Of a stretch of DNA of 64,000 nt, positions 39,739-49,243 are shown piece by piece. The DNA comes from Candidatus Heimdallarchaeum aukensis. GTDB lineage: Archaea; Asgardarchaeota; Heimdallarchaeia; Heimdallarchaeales; Heimdallarchaeaceae. Numbering within the stretch: position 1 is the first letter of the stretch; each line of letters starts with the position of its first letter. The stretch is taken from positions 128,001 to 192,000 of the forward strand of contig CP084166.1 in the NCBI GenBank assembly GCA_021513695.1. Reading direction: 5' to 3'. The position numbers were made by a program, and so were the translations under genes. The notes under the pieces are model-generated. The model made no database searches and had not been told where the DNA came from. It worked only from the letters and a program-made list of their open reading frames with translations.

Positions 39739-39920
39739 ATAAGCAACAAAAGCAAAAAAAATCTATATGGCTAAAAGAAAATTTTTTGCTTTTACTTGTT
39801 TCTCTAATTACTATTTTTTTAGGAATATTTTTATGGTTTAAGTATGATGAAGTTTATTATCTTATCTTTACCTTTGTTACAGTTTCTCTATTTATCTATT
39901 TCTTATACAAAAACCAATAA
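39735..39920 (+). CDS. small membrane protein (61 aa)
   Basis: Overlaps the stop of the upstream gene. Two hydrophobic helices. Confidence 0.25.
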   Translation: MNKQQKQKKSIWLKENFLLLLVSLITIFLGIFLWFKYDEVYYLIFTFVTVSLFIYFLYKNQ

Positions 39921-40216
39921 ATTTGACAACAATCATTTTGAGACTATTGAGTAATATATAAAATAAAAGAAGAAAATTGTTTATTCTTGTTTCATTCTTT
40001 TAATTCTTCCAAAGATAAGGAGTTCTAGTCTTGGAAAAAACAGCTTAACACTACCAACTTCAAATTATTCAACCATGAACATTTTTTGTTTTGCAAGAAT
40101 TAGCTCAATAGATCAGAATCTACTTGATTTTTTAGTTAACTCAATTTTTGTTCTAATGGTGGTACTTAAATTCAATTTTGTTCTCAAGAATATAGTGAAA
40201 AATAATAAGTAAATCT

Positions 40217-40732
40217 TTATTCTTTTGACTTTCTTACATTAAATGTCCATATTTCATTGAAAACATAATTGTTAATTACGGAAAGAATAAATGCGATACT
40301 TGTTGCGATAAAATCATTAATGCTTAAGACTGTTGCTAATAGATAGACAATACCTAAATTTACTACTGTTCCTGATGCTCCTACTATGCTAAATTTGATA
40401 AATTGTTTAAGTACATTTACTTCAATTCCTTCTTCTTTTTCTTTGAATGTCCATATTTTGTTTAGAATGAAATTATATATTGTAACAATTATTATTGCAA
40501 TAAATGTTGAAATAATTATTTTTTCTATTCTTATTTTTCCTATTGTGAATAATAGATCTTTTTCTATAATTTGATTAAGTATTTTGAGCATGACGAAAAT
40601 AATAAGTTCATTAATAGCTAAACCACCTATGCTGACTATAGCGAATCTTGTGAATCTTCTTTTAATTTGAGGGCTTAAGCTTTTTTTCTCCTTTTCAGGA
40701 TCGTTTTCCATTTCATTCATTTTGTTAATCAT
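40217..40732 (-). CDS. GtrA-family membrane protein
   Basis: FTRFAIVSIGGLAINELIIFVMLKIL is the GtrA N-terminal motif. 4 TM helices; 171 aa. Confidence 0.6.
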   Translation of the reverse strand: MINKMNEMENDPEKEKKSLSPQIKRRFTRFAIVSIGGLAINELIIFVMLKILNQIIEKDLLFTIGKIRIEKIIISTFIAIIIVTIYNFILNKIWTFKEKEEGIEVNVLKQFIKFSIVGASGTVVNLGIVYLLATVLSINDFIATSIAFILSVINNYVFNEIWTFNVRKSKE

Positions 40733-40743
40733 GTTCTAAACAA

Positions 40744-41199
40744 ATGCTTTTTAAATGCTTTTACGGAATTTTTTCTAAACAGTTATTGTTGAGAGGTTTA
40801 CATATGACTATTCACGTACAATATCTATCTCAAGTTATAGTTAGAATGAAGTTTGAAGGCGATTTTGATGACAAATTGATCGATGAATTAGATCGTTGTC
40901 TGGATGAACAGATAGGGAATACCCAAAAACAGTTATTCTACTTAATTGATCTATCAAGTTATGATAAAATTACTGCTAATAATGCTTCAACTGTTATTGC
41001 TGATAAACTAGCAGAGAGGGGAGATATTATAGCTAATGTTGCTTTTCTTGGTCAGAAAAAGATTAAGATCAAGAATAAAGACATTAAAGCTAAGTCTGAA
41101 GTTTTCACTAGTGATTTTAGTGCACAAAACTGGATCAGTGACAAGTCTCGTCATGGTTTCTTGGACCATATTTCTGTGAAATCACTTTTGGATAGGTAA
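40744..41199 (+). CDS. hypothetical protein, possible STAS-like fold
   Basis: 151 aa. The pattern around LFYLIDLSSYDKITANNASTVIADKL resembles anti-sigma-antagonist/STAS proteins. The match is weak. Confidence 0.25.
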   Translation: MLFKCFYGIFSKQLLLRGLHMTIHVQYLSQVIVRMKFEGDFDDKLIDELDRCLDEQIGNTQKQLFYLIDLSSYDKITANNASTVIADKLAERGDIIANVAFLGQKKIKIKNKDIKAKSEVFTSDFSAQNWISDKSRHGFLDHISVKSLLDR

Positions 41200-41208
41200 A
41201 GTAATTAC

Positions 41209-42174
41209 CTATTCTCCCAAATTTTTTCTCCAGTTGTAATCTTCTTTTGCTATCAGTGTAACAGCAGAATCTTCTTTTGAATCGATGATTTTTAATTCTG
41301 TATTTTCTATAATCTTCTTTGAAAATTCTAGTATTTTTGGGTACCTTGGCATTATTTCATAAGGTAACCTTTTTCTTGCGTCTCCAACACTCATAAAACC
41401 TTTTACTTCTAGAAAATGAGCTTCTGATCTTAAAAATAATTCAGCAAAAGCTTCTGGTTCGACTAAATTGTAGTTTTCATCTACTAAAGTTAATCTTATA
41501 ACTTTTCTAGTGTTAAGCGAAGGAAGTAATTCAATTGTTTCCATCACTTTGTTCCATAGATTTGAAAAAGAAGGACGAGCAGTTTTTTTGAAACTTTCTT
41601 CAGTAGGGGCAATTAGAGTAACATAGAGTTGAGTAGGAAGAGGGTCAAGTTTCTTCAACATTTCAGGATTAGTGCCATTAGTTACTAGAAAAGTAGTCAT
41701 ATCACGATTGTGGAACTCTTGAATTAATTCTGGTAACAAAGGATAGAAAGTTGGTTCTCCACTTAAAGAAATTGCAGCATGTTTTGGATTGTAAGCTTCT
41801 TCATATAATCTTGGTTCTACTTTTGGATGATTTTTGAATCCTGCAATTAGTCTTCTTTGATGTTCTATCATTTGATCAATAATATATTCCGGTTTGTCAA
41901 CTTTTCCTCTCATTAATTCTTTGTTGTACCATGATGCACTTCTCCAGCAAAAAACACATTTTAGATTACACCATATTGTTGCAGGAGTACATTGAAGACA
42001 ACGGTGAGAAGCTATTCCGTAAAATTGTTGTTTATAGCAAAAACCTTCTCCTTTTAACGCGTGCTTTAACCAGGTGCAAATTTTTACTGCAGAGTGATTA
42101 CCAGCTATTCTGTACTGTTGTTTTTCTAGTTTGTCTTTCAATTTTGGAGGAATAATGTTTGTATTTAAACTCAT
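41209..42174 (-). CDS. taw1: tRNA 4-demethylwyosine synthase (Taw1/TYW1), radical SAM
   Basis: HSAVKICTWLKHALKGEGFCYKQQFYGIASHRCLQCTPATIWCNLKCVFCWRSASW matches archaeal Taw1, including the CxxxCxxC cluster. Confidence 0.8.
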   Translation of the reverse strand: MSLNTNIIPPKLKDKLEKQQYRIAGNHSAVKICTWLKHALKGEGFCYKQQFYGIASHRCLQCTPATIWCNLKCVFCWRSASWYNKELMRGKVDKPEYIIDQMIEHQRRLIAGFKNHPKVEPRLYEEAYNPKHAAISLSGEPTFYPLLPELIQEFHNRDMTTFLVTNGTNPEMLKKLDPLPTQLYVTLIAPTEESFKKTARPSFSNLWNKVMETIELLPSLNTRKVIRLTLVDENYNLVEPEAFAELFLRSEAHFLEVKGFMSVGDARKRLPYEIMPRYPKILEFSKKIIENTELKIIDSKEDSAVTLIAKEDYNWRKNLGE

Positions 42175-42301
42175 TAGATTTACTTATTTTTCTTTATTTT
42201 TAGACTTTATCTTTATTGAAATTTTTTTTGATTAAATTTACTATAAAATTAACAAAGGAAAACAATAGATTAAAATATTTAAAAAATTAAAATATACTGA
42301 T

Positions 42302-43417
42302 ATGGTTAGTATTAAAAAAGTTCTCAAGCAACTAGAAGATTCTGATCCTATAGTTCGAAGAGATGCAATACTTACTCTTGGAGAACTAAAAGACGAAAAA
42401 GGGGTTGATCCTTTAATTAAGTGTGTTCAACAAGAAATAAAAGAAAATAGAATCACCGCTATTGTTGCACTTTCAGATATTGGAGATCATAGGGCTATTG
42501 AAATATTAATCTACTGTTTAATGGATGATGATGAAGAAATAAGACTTGCTGCTGCTCGAGCTTTAGGACGATTTACTTCTCCTCAAGCTATCACTACTTT
42601 ACTTGTTTCATTAAAAAAAGACCCAAGTGTGAGAGTTAAGAGTCGTGCAGCTCTATCTTTAGGGAGTATTGGTTCAGAACTGCCTGTTGAAGAATTACTT
42701 AAAGAATCTAAATTAGAACACCCAACCACTCTTCTTTATTCTATAAATTCTGCTTTGACAATGATAGCAAAGAAAAATGGTTATAGTTCAGTAGATGAAC
42801 TTGTTCAAAAAATAAGGGCTAAAAAGGCAGAAGTAGATGAGAAAACACCAGAGCATAAACAAATTCAGGAGAAAGAAGAGCTCGAATCTTTTCCTCGTTT
42901 ATATGACTACATTAGAAAATATGTAGCTCGAGAACTAGAAGGGGTACAAACAGTATTAAGTATTAACTCAGATGAAAAGACTGCATCAAAGAAAATAGCT
43001 GATATTTTAGCAGAAAAATTCTGGAAATTTGCTGAATGGATCGGAAAAAGAATGGGACATAAATTAACTGAATATCAATCTGATTTGCTCTGGCAGATGA
43101 TATGGGATACATCAAGGCCAATTAGAAATGAAATTTACCAAATGATAAGAGATCATCGCTCAGAATTAGAGGAATTAAATCGATTCCAGAAATGGCTCAA
43201 CAAAATAGAAGAACAAAAAGAAGAAGAAATCGTTAAAGATATTGAAAGAAGCAGACCTAAACCCATTATTCAAACTTCAAATAATGTGAAAAAAGACGAA
43301 GCAGAGACAATTAGAGCTGCAGATTTGGCAAGAAGTATTTCTTCAAATCTTGAAGAAATAATGGGCAAATATTCTAGTTGGAAAACAAGAGAGTTAAAAG
43401 ATGAAGAAGATTATTAA
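42302..43417 (+). CDS. HEAT (PBS-lyase-type) repeat protein
   Basis: Repeats: DPIVRRDAILTLGELKDEKGVDPLIKCVQQ / NRITAIVALSDIGDHRAIEILIYCL / DEEIRLAAARALGRF / VRVKSRAALSLGSIGS. Confidence 0.55.
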   Translation: MVSIKKVLKQLEDSDPIVRRDAILTLGELKDEKGVDPLIKCVQQEIKENRITAIVALSDIGDHRAIEILIYCLMDDDEEIRLAAARALGRFTSPQAITTLLVSLKKDPSVRVKSRAALSLGSIGSELPVEELLKESKLEHPTTLLYSINSALTMIAKKNGYSSVDELVQKIRAKKAEVDEKTPEHKQIQEKEELESFPRLYDYIRKYVARELEGVQTVLSINSDEKTASKKIADILAEKFWKFAEWIGKRMGHKLTEYQSDLLWQMIWDTSRPIRNEIYQMIRDHRSELEELNRFQKWLNKIEEQKEEEIVKDIERSRPKPIIQTSNNVKKDEAETIRAADLARSISSNLEEIMGKYSSWKTRELKDEEDY

Positions 43418-43569
43418 GCTTCTTTAAAATTCTGAAAATTGCCAAAAAAATTTTTCTAAAACAATTTTTTATTATTTATTAATTTTCGTAATACCTTGCT
43501 AATACTAAATCCTTCACGACAAAAACATATTTATTTCTGTTTACAATTGTGATATAGTAGATATCTAAG

Positions 43570-43779
43570 ATGGAATATGGGGTTAATATGAAAAAAAAGC
43601 TGATTACATTTAAAGTAACAGAAGCTATGATGAAATGGATAGCAGAAATGATGGAAAAGGGGAATTATAAAAATAGAACAGAATTAATTGTAGATGCTCT
43701 TAGAGAGTTTCTCATCCAAGAAAGAATGGTTGAAGATCAGGAAGAACTAGAAGCAATTTTTGAAAGAATTGATGAATAG
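43570..43779 (+). CDS. ribbon-helix-helix (CopG-like) DNA-binding protein
   Basis: 69 aa. KLITFKVTEAMMKWI is a beta-strand followed by two helices (NRTELIVDALREFL), the typical RHH layout. Confidence 0.45.
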   Translation: MEYGVNMKKKLITFKVTEAMMKWIAEMMEKGNYKNRTELIVDALREFLIQERMVEDQEELEAIFERIDE

Positions 43780-43821
43780 TTCTCTTATAACTCCTTCTGT
43801 ATTTCTGTTATTTTAGCCCTA

Positions 43822-44629
43822 TTATTCAAACCAATACATAGATGTTTTTTCGAAACATTCTTTTGTTAAATTTTGTGAAAGCTTAAAATAATTAGTAACT
43901 TTTTTATCTATCCTTTTTCTGAAAATCACTGCTTGATTAAAATCTCTATCTGATTTTATCCAGTTTTTTGTAATTTCTTTCATTGTTACCCAGATATCAG
44001 AGGAAGGAAAAGGGATTGGTATCTCTCTAAAAAGGTTTGAAGTTATGTCTCTTACAATAAAACTTTCTACTATAAATTGAACAAATGAGGAGGAAAGATA
44101 ACCAAACAACCCATAAAGGTCTATTTGTTCATCAGGAATTATGATGTCAAAAATGTCGTTTACGTAATAGCCTTCTAGGTCCAAACCAATAAAATACTTC
44201 TTTCCTCTATTTCTACGGACTATTTTTGGTTTTTCAAATATTTGATGATCTCCTGGTGCTCCTAATACTTTTCTGTCATAAATTATTTTTTCTTTTCCTG
44301 GAAAAACTTCAAAGTTTATGACACCTTCTTTGTAATTATTTGAAAAGATATTGTGTCTTACTATTTCTACAGATTTAATTTCATTTGAATATTTCTTTTT
44401 TTTAATATACTTCTCTTTGTATCTCTTTGTTATCGTTAATCCTCGTCTAATAAAAGAATGTTCTTTTAATTTAGGGTAATTATTCAGGATAGTGCTGATT
44501 TCCTTTTGACTTTCAGAACTAAAATTTGAAAAAAGAAAAAGAGGAGGGAAAATGAAGCTATAGTCTATTTTGTGTTCATGATTATCTTTTCTTTTATGAA
44601 ATTTAATGTAATTACTTTCGTTTTTTAAA
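43822..44629 (-). pseudogene. 3' fragment (about 269 codons) of the N6-adenine DNA methyltransferase gene, truncated at the tandem-duplication junction
   Basis: Nucleotide-identical to 47170..47977. The copy is cut at 44629/44630, where it abuts internal Taw1 sequence. Confidence 0.6.
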
Positions 44630-45524
44630 AATCGATGATTTTTAATTCTGTATTTTCTATAATCTTCTTTGAAAATTCTAGTATTTTTGGGTACCTTGGC
44701 ATTATTTCATAAGGTAACCTTTTTCTTGCGTCTCCAACACTCATAAAACCTTTTACTTCTAGAAAATGAGCTTCTGATCTTAAAAATAATTCAGCAAAAG
44801 CTTCTGGTTCGACTAAATTGTAGTTTTCATCTACTAAAGTTAATCTTATAACTTTTCTAGTGTTAAGCGAAGGAAGTAATTCAATTGTTTCCATCACTTT
44901 GTTCCATAGATTTGAAAAAGAAGGACGAGCAGTTTTTTTGAAACTTTCTTCAGTAGGGGCAATTAGAGTAACATAGAGTTGAGTAGGAAGAGGGTCAAGT
45001 TTCTTCAACATTTCAGGATTAGTGCCATTAGTTACTAGAAAAGTAGTCATATCACGATTGTGGAACTCTTGAATTAATTCTGGTAACAAAGGATAGAAAG
45101 TTGGTTCTCCACTTAAAGAAATTGCAGCATGTTTTGGATTGTAAGCTTCTTCATATAATCTTGGTTCTACTTTTGGATGATTTTTGAATCCTGCAATTAG
45201 TCTTCTTTGATGTTCTATCATTTGATCAATAATATATTCCGGTTTGTCAACTTTTCCTCTCATTAATTCTTTGTTGTACCATGATGCACTTCTCCAGCAA
45301 AAAACACATTTTAGATTACACCATATTGTTGCAGGAGTACATTGAAGACAACGGTGAGAAGCTATTCCGTAAAATTGTTGTTTATAGCAAAAACCTTCTC
45401 CTTTTAACGCGTGCTTTAACCAGGTGCAAATTTTTACTGCAGAGTGATTACCAGCTATTCTGTACTGTTGTTTTTCTAGTTTGTCTTTCAATTTTGGAGG
45501 AATAATGTTTGTATTTAAACTCAT
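44625..45524 (-). CDS. taw1: Taw1/TYW1 second copy; the last ~22 codons are replaced by junction sequence
   Basis: Identical to 41280..42174 up to the duplication junction. The C-terminus reads ...KIIDF* instead of ...KIIDSKEDSAVTLIAKEDYNWRKNLGE*. Confidence 0.6.
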   Translation of the reverse strand: MSLNTNIIPPKLKDKLEKQQYRIAGNHSAVKICTWLKHALKGEGFCYKQQFYGIASHRCLQCTPATIWCNLKCVFCWRSASWYNKELMRGKVDKPEYIIDQMIEHQRRLIAGFKNHPKVEPRLYEEAYNPKHAAISLSGEPTFYPLLPELIQEFHNRDMTTFLVTNGTNPEMLKKLDPLPTQLYVTLIAPTEESFKKTARPSFSNLWNKVMETIELLPSLNTRKVIRLTLVDENYNLVEPEAFAELFLRSEAHFLEVKGFMSVGDARKRLPYEIMPRYPKILEFSKKIIENTELKIIDF

Positions 45525-45649
45525 TAGATTTACTTATTTTCTTTATTTTTAGACTTTATCTTTATTGAAATTTTTTTGATTAAATTTACTATAAAATTAA
45601 CAAAGGAAAACAATAGATTAAAATATTTAAAAAATTAAAATATACTGAT

Positions 45650-46765
45650 ATGGTTAGTATTAAAAAAGTTCTCAAGCAACTAGAAGATTCTGATCCTATA
45701 GTTCGAAGAGATGCAATACTTACTCTTGGAGAACTAAAAGACGAAAAAGGGGTTGATCCTTTAATTAAGTGTGTTCAACAAGAAATAAAAGAAAATAGAA
45801 TCACCGCTATTGTTGCACTTTCAGATATTGGAGATCATAGGGCTATTGAAATATTAATCTACTGTTTAATGGATGATGATGAAGAAATAAGACTTGCTGC
45901 TGCTCGAGCTTTAGGACGATTTACTTCTCCTCAAGCTATCACTACTTTACTTGTTTCATTAAAAAAAGACCCAAGTGTGAGAGTTAAGAGTCGTGCAGCT
46001 CTATCTTTAGGGAGTATTGGTTCAGAACTGCCTGTTGAAGAATTACTTAAAGAATCTAAATTAGAACACCCAACCACTCTTCTTTATTCTATAAATTCTG
46101 CTTTGACAATGATAGCAAAGAAAAATGGTTATAGTTCAGTAGATGAACTTGTTCAAAAAATAAGGGCTAAAAAGGCAGAAGTAGATGAGAAAACACCAGA
46201 GCATAAACAAATTCAGGAGAAAGAAGAGCTCGAATCTTTTCCTCGTTTATATGACTACATTAGAAAATATGTAGCTCGAGAACTAGAAGGGGTACAAACA
46301 GTATTAAGTATTAACTCAGATGAAAAGACTGCATCAAAGAAAATAGCTGATATTTTAGCAGAAAAATTCTGGAAATTTGCTGAATGGATCGGAAAAAGAA
46401 TGGGACATAAATTAACTGAATATCAATCTGATTTGCTCTGGCAGATGATATGGGATACATCAAGGCCAATTAGAAATGAAATTTACCAAATGATAAGAGA
46501 TCATCGCTCAGAATTAGAGGAATTAAATCGATTCCAGAAATGGCTCAACAAAATAGAAGAACAAAAAGAAGAAGAAATCGTTAAAGATATTGAAAGAAGC
46601 AGACCTAAACCCATTATTCAAACTTCAAATAATGTGAAAAAAGACGAAGCAGAGACAATTAGAGCTGCAGATTTGGCAAGAAGTATTTCTTCAAATCTTG
46701 AAGAAATAATGGGCAAATATTCTAGTTGGAAAACAAGAGAGTTAAAAGATGAAGAAGATTATTAA
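45650..46765 (+). CDS. HEAT repeat protein (duplicate of 42302..43417)
   Basis: Identical protein sequence. Confidence 0.55.
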   Translation: MVSIKKVLKQLEDSDPIVRRDAILTLGELKDEKGVDPLIKCVQQEIKENRITAIVALSDIGDHRAIEILIYCLMDDDEEIRLAAARALGRFTSPQAITTLLVSLKKDPSVRVKSRAALSLGSIGSELPVEELLKESKLEHPTTLLYSINSALTMIAKKNGYSSVDELVQKIRAKKAEVDEKTPEHKQIQEKEELESFPRLYDYIRKYVARELEGVQTVLSINSDEKTASKKIADILAEKFWKFAEWIGKRMGHKLTEYQSDLLWQMIWDTSRPIRNEIYQMIRDHRSELEELNRFQKWLNKIEEQKEEEIVKDIERSRPKPIIQTSNNVKKDEAETIRAADLARSISSNLEEIMGKYSSWKTRELKDEEDY

Positions 46766-46917
46766 GCTTCTTTAAAATTCTGAAAATTGCCAAAAAAATT
46801 TTTCTAAAACAATTTTTTATTATTTATTAATTTTCGTAATACCTTGCTAATACTAAATCCTTCACGACAAAAACATATTTATTTCTGTTTACAATTGTGA
46901 TATAGTAGATATCTAAG

Positions 46918-47127
46918 ATGGAATATGGGGTTAATATGAAAAAAAAGCTGATTACATTTAAAGTAACAGAAGCTATGATGAAATGGATAGCAGAAATGAT
47001 GGAAAAGGGGAATTATAAAAATAGAACAGAATTAATTGTAGATGCTCTTAGAGAGTTTCTCATCCAAGAAAGAATGGTTGAAGATCAGGAAGAACTAGAA
47101 GCAATTTTTGAAAGAATTGATGAATAG
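46918..47127 (+). CDS. ribbon-helix-helix protein (duplicate of 43570..43779)
   Basis: Identical protein sequence. Confidence 0.45.
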   Translation: MEYGVNMKKKLITFKVTEAMMKWIAEMMEKGNYKNRTELIVDALREFLIQERMVEDQEELEAIFERIDE

Positions 47128-47169
47128 TTCTCTTATAACTCCTTCTGTATTTCTGTTATTTTAGCCCTA

Positions 47170-49161
47170 TTATTCAAACCAATACATAGATGTTTTTTCG
47201 AAACATTCTTTTGTTAAATTTTGTGAAAGCTTAAAATAATTAGTAACTTTTTTATCTATCCTTTTTCTGAAAATCACTGCTTGATTAAAATCTCTATCTG
47301 ATTTTATCCAGTTTTTTGTAATTTCTTTCATTGTTACCCAGATATCAGAGGAAGGAAAAGGGATTGGTATCTCTCTAAAAAGGTTTGAAGTTATGTCTCT
47401 TACAATAAAACTTTCTACTATAAATTGAACAAATGAGGAGGAAAGATAACCAAACAACCCATAAAGGTCTATTTGTTCATCAGGAATTATGATGTCAAAA
47501 ATGTCGTTTACGTAATAGCCTTCTAGGTCCAAACCAATAAAATACTTCTTTCCTCTATTTCTACGGACTATTTTTGGTTTTTCAAATATTTGATGATCTC
47601 CTGGTGCTCCTAATACTTTTCTGTCATAAATTATTTTTTCTTTTCCTGGAAAAACTTCAAAGTTTATGACACCTTCTTTGTAATTATTTGAAAAGATATT
47701 GTGTCTTACTATTTCTACAGATTTAATTTCATTTGAATATTTCTTTTTTTTAATATACTTCTCTTTGTATCTCTTTGTTATCGTTAATCCTCGTCTAATA
47801 AAAGAATGTTCTTTTAATTTAGGGTAATTATTCAGGATAGTGCTGATTTCCTTTTGACTTTCAGAACTAAAATTTGAAAAAAGAAAAAGAGGAGGGAAAA
47901 TGAAGCTATAGTCTATTTTGTGTTCATGATTATCTTTTCTTTTATGAAATTTAATGTAATTACTTTCGTTTTTTAAATCCATTGATAACAAAAAGAATTC
48001 ATTGGAAACGTCTTTAAAGGAATAATCTAAATCTGTGTAAATTTCTACATCATATCTATTATCTTTGAGGTGTTTTCTCCATTTCTTGCCATAAGTATCA
48101 GTTATGATACCTGAAGGTAATATTAATCCTACTTTCTCTTTGGATAAACTTTCTGCAATGATCAAAAAAGGTAGAGCAAAATTATATTTTCCAAAGATTC
48201 TATTTTTATAAGGTTCTCTCTTTAAGAATTCTTTATATCTATTATTTATTTTTTTATATTCTATCCACGGTGGATTTCCAATAACAAAATCAAAAAATTT
48301 TTTCTGAAGACTTAAACTTTCATCAAAAAATATTTCAGGCAAATCAACAAAAAAGCTAAATTTGGATAGAGAAGGATATTTCTTCGATATTTCATCTCTT
48401 TTTGTTAAACATTCTTTTATATCTTGAAAAGAAATTTCTTTTTTACCAAATATCACTTCTCTTCTTTTTTCACGAAGTATCGCTAAAAGTTTCAAAAAAG
48501 TTGTATTTTTTCTTTCTGACATTTGCTTTATTATTCTTTCATCATAACCAAGAATGCTATCTCCGTATTTTGAGATTAAAGGAAGTAATTTTCTTTTTCT
48601 ATTATCTTGTAACATGAAAAAGAGTTTGAAAACTTGAAATTCATAAATAAATGGATCAACTTCAACTGAATATGGCATAATCTCTTGTTTTTCAAAAGCT
48701 GGGTAGAGAAAATCTCCTATTCCTGAAGAAATATCGATAACTGTTTTAGTTTTTTTAGAATTGTTACTCAAAATATCTAATAAATCATATACCTTTTTAA
48801 CAAGAATCCTATTAGTAAAATATTGACCTGTTAATCTCGTTTTATCTTGAATAAGTGATAAAATATTAACTTCATTTATTGTCTTGATTATATTTTTGAT
48901 TTGTTCAAAAACCCAAACTGGTAACTTTTTTTCTAGAACTCTGAGTTTTTCTAACGATAGAAGTATTTGCTTATCATCTTGATTTAGATTAACCAGATTT
49001 ATTAACGAAGTTTTTTGTTGATTTTGTTCAGATGAAAAGGATGAAGAATTGTAAATAAAGTAAAACTTTACTATCATCGATTTTAATTCATTAACTGAAA
49101 CTTTGTACCTACTAGCCTTTTTCTGAATTCTACTATGTAGATTTTCCTCTTTTATTTCCAT
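47170..49161 (-). CDS. N6-adenine (amino) DNA methyltransferase, gamma-class Eco57I/TaqI-like
   Basis: Motif X-like GQYFTNRILVKKV; motif I VIDISSGIGDFL; motif IV FVIGNPPWIEY; motif downstream of IV, GLILPSGIITDTYGKKWRKHL. The C-terminal ~330 aa are a probable target-recognition region. Confidence 0.7.
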   Translation of the reverse strand: MEIKEENLHSRIQKKASRYKVSVNELKSMIVKFYFIYNSSSFSSEQNQQKTSLINLVNLNQDDKQILLSLEKLRVLEKKLPVWVFEQIKNIIKTINEVNILSLIQDKTRLTGQYFTNRILVKKVYDLLDILSNNSKKTKTVIDISSGIGDFLYPAFEKQEIMPYSVEVDPFIYEFQVFKLFFMLQDNRKRKLLPLISKYGDSILGYDERIIKQMSERKNTTFLKLLAILREKRREVIFGKKEISFQDIKECLTKRDEISKKYPSLSKFSFFVDLPEIFFDESLSLQKKFFDFVIGNPPWIEYKKINNRYKEFLKREPYKNRIFGKYNFALPFLIIAESLSKEKVGLILPSGIITDTYGKKWRKHLKDNRYDVEIYTDLDYSFKDVSNEFFLLSMDLKNESNYIKFHKRKDNHEHKIDYSFIFPPLFLFSNFSSESQKEISTILNNYPKLKEHSFIRRGLTITKRYKEKYIKKKKYSNEIKSVEIVRHNIFSNNYKEGVINFEVFPGKEKIIYDRKVLGAPGDHQIFEKPKIVRRNRGKKYFIGLDLEGYYVNDIFDIIIPDEQIDLYGLFGYLSSSFVQFIVESFIVRDITSNLFREIPIPFPSSDIWVTMKEITKNWIKSDRDFNQAVIFRKRIDKKVTNYFKLSQNLTKECFEKTSMYWFE

Positions 49162-49243
49162 TATTTCCCATTTTAATTTATAAGATAAAAAAATTCTCTT
49201 AAATACTTAAAGCTACAGATATCTTTTTATTTTTTAGCTACGT

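Larger units (their letters stand above)
41280..47977 (+). repeat. 3.35-kb perfect tandem direct duplication (unit 1 41280-44629, unit 2 44630-47977)
   Basis: Both units carry Taw1, the HEAT gene, the RHH gene and the MTase 3' end, and are nucleotide-identical. The only differences are two 1-nt homopolymer length changes in the intergenic region at about 42180-42240 versus 45528-45590. Confidence 0.9.

Noticed and set aside
40386-40574. 62-aa ORF antisense in the GtrA gene
   Set aside because: Nested opposite a supported gene.
41931-42155. 74-aa ORF antisense to Taw1, duplicated at 45281..45505
   Set aside because: Nested opposite Taw1. Its duplication only reflects the tandem duplication.
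48402-48617. 71-aa ORF antisense in the methyltransferase gene
   Set aside because: Nested opposite a supported gene.
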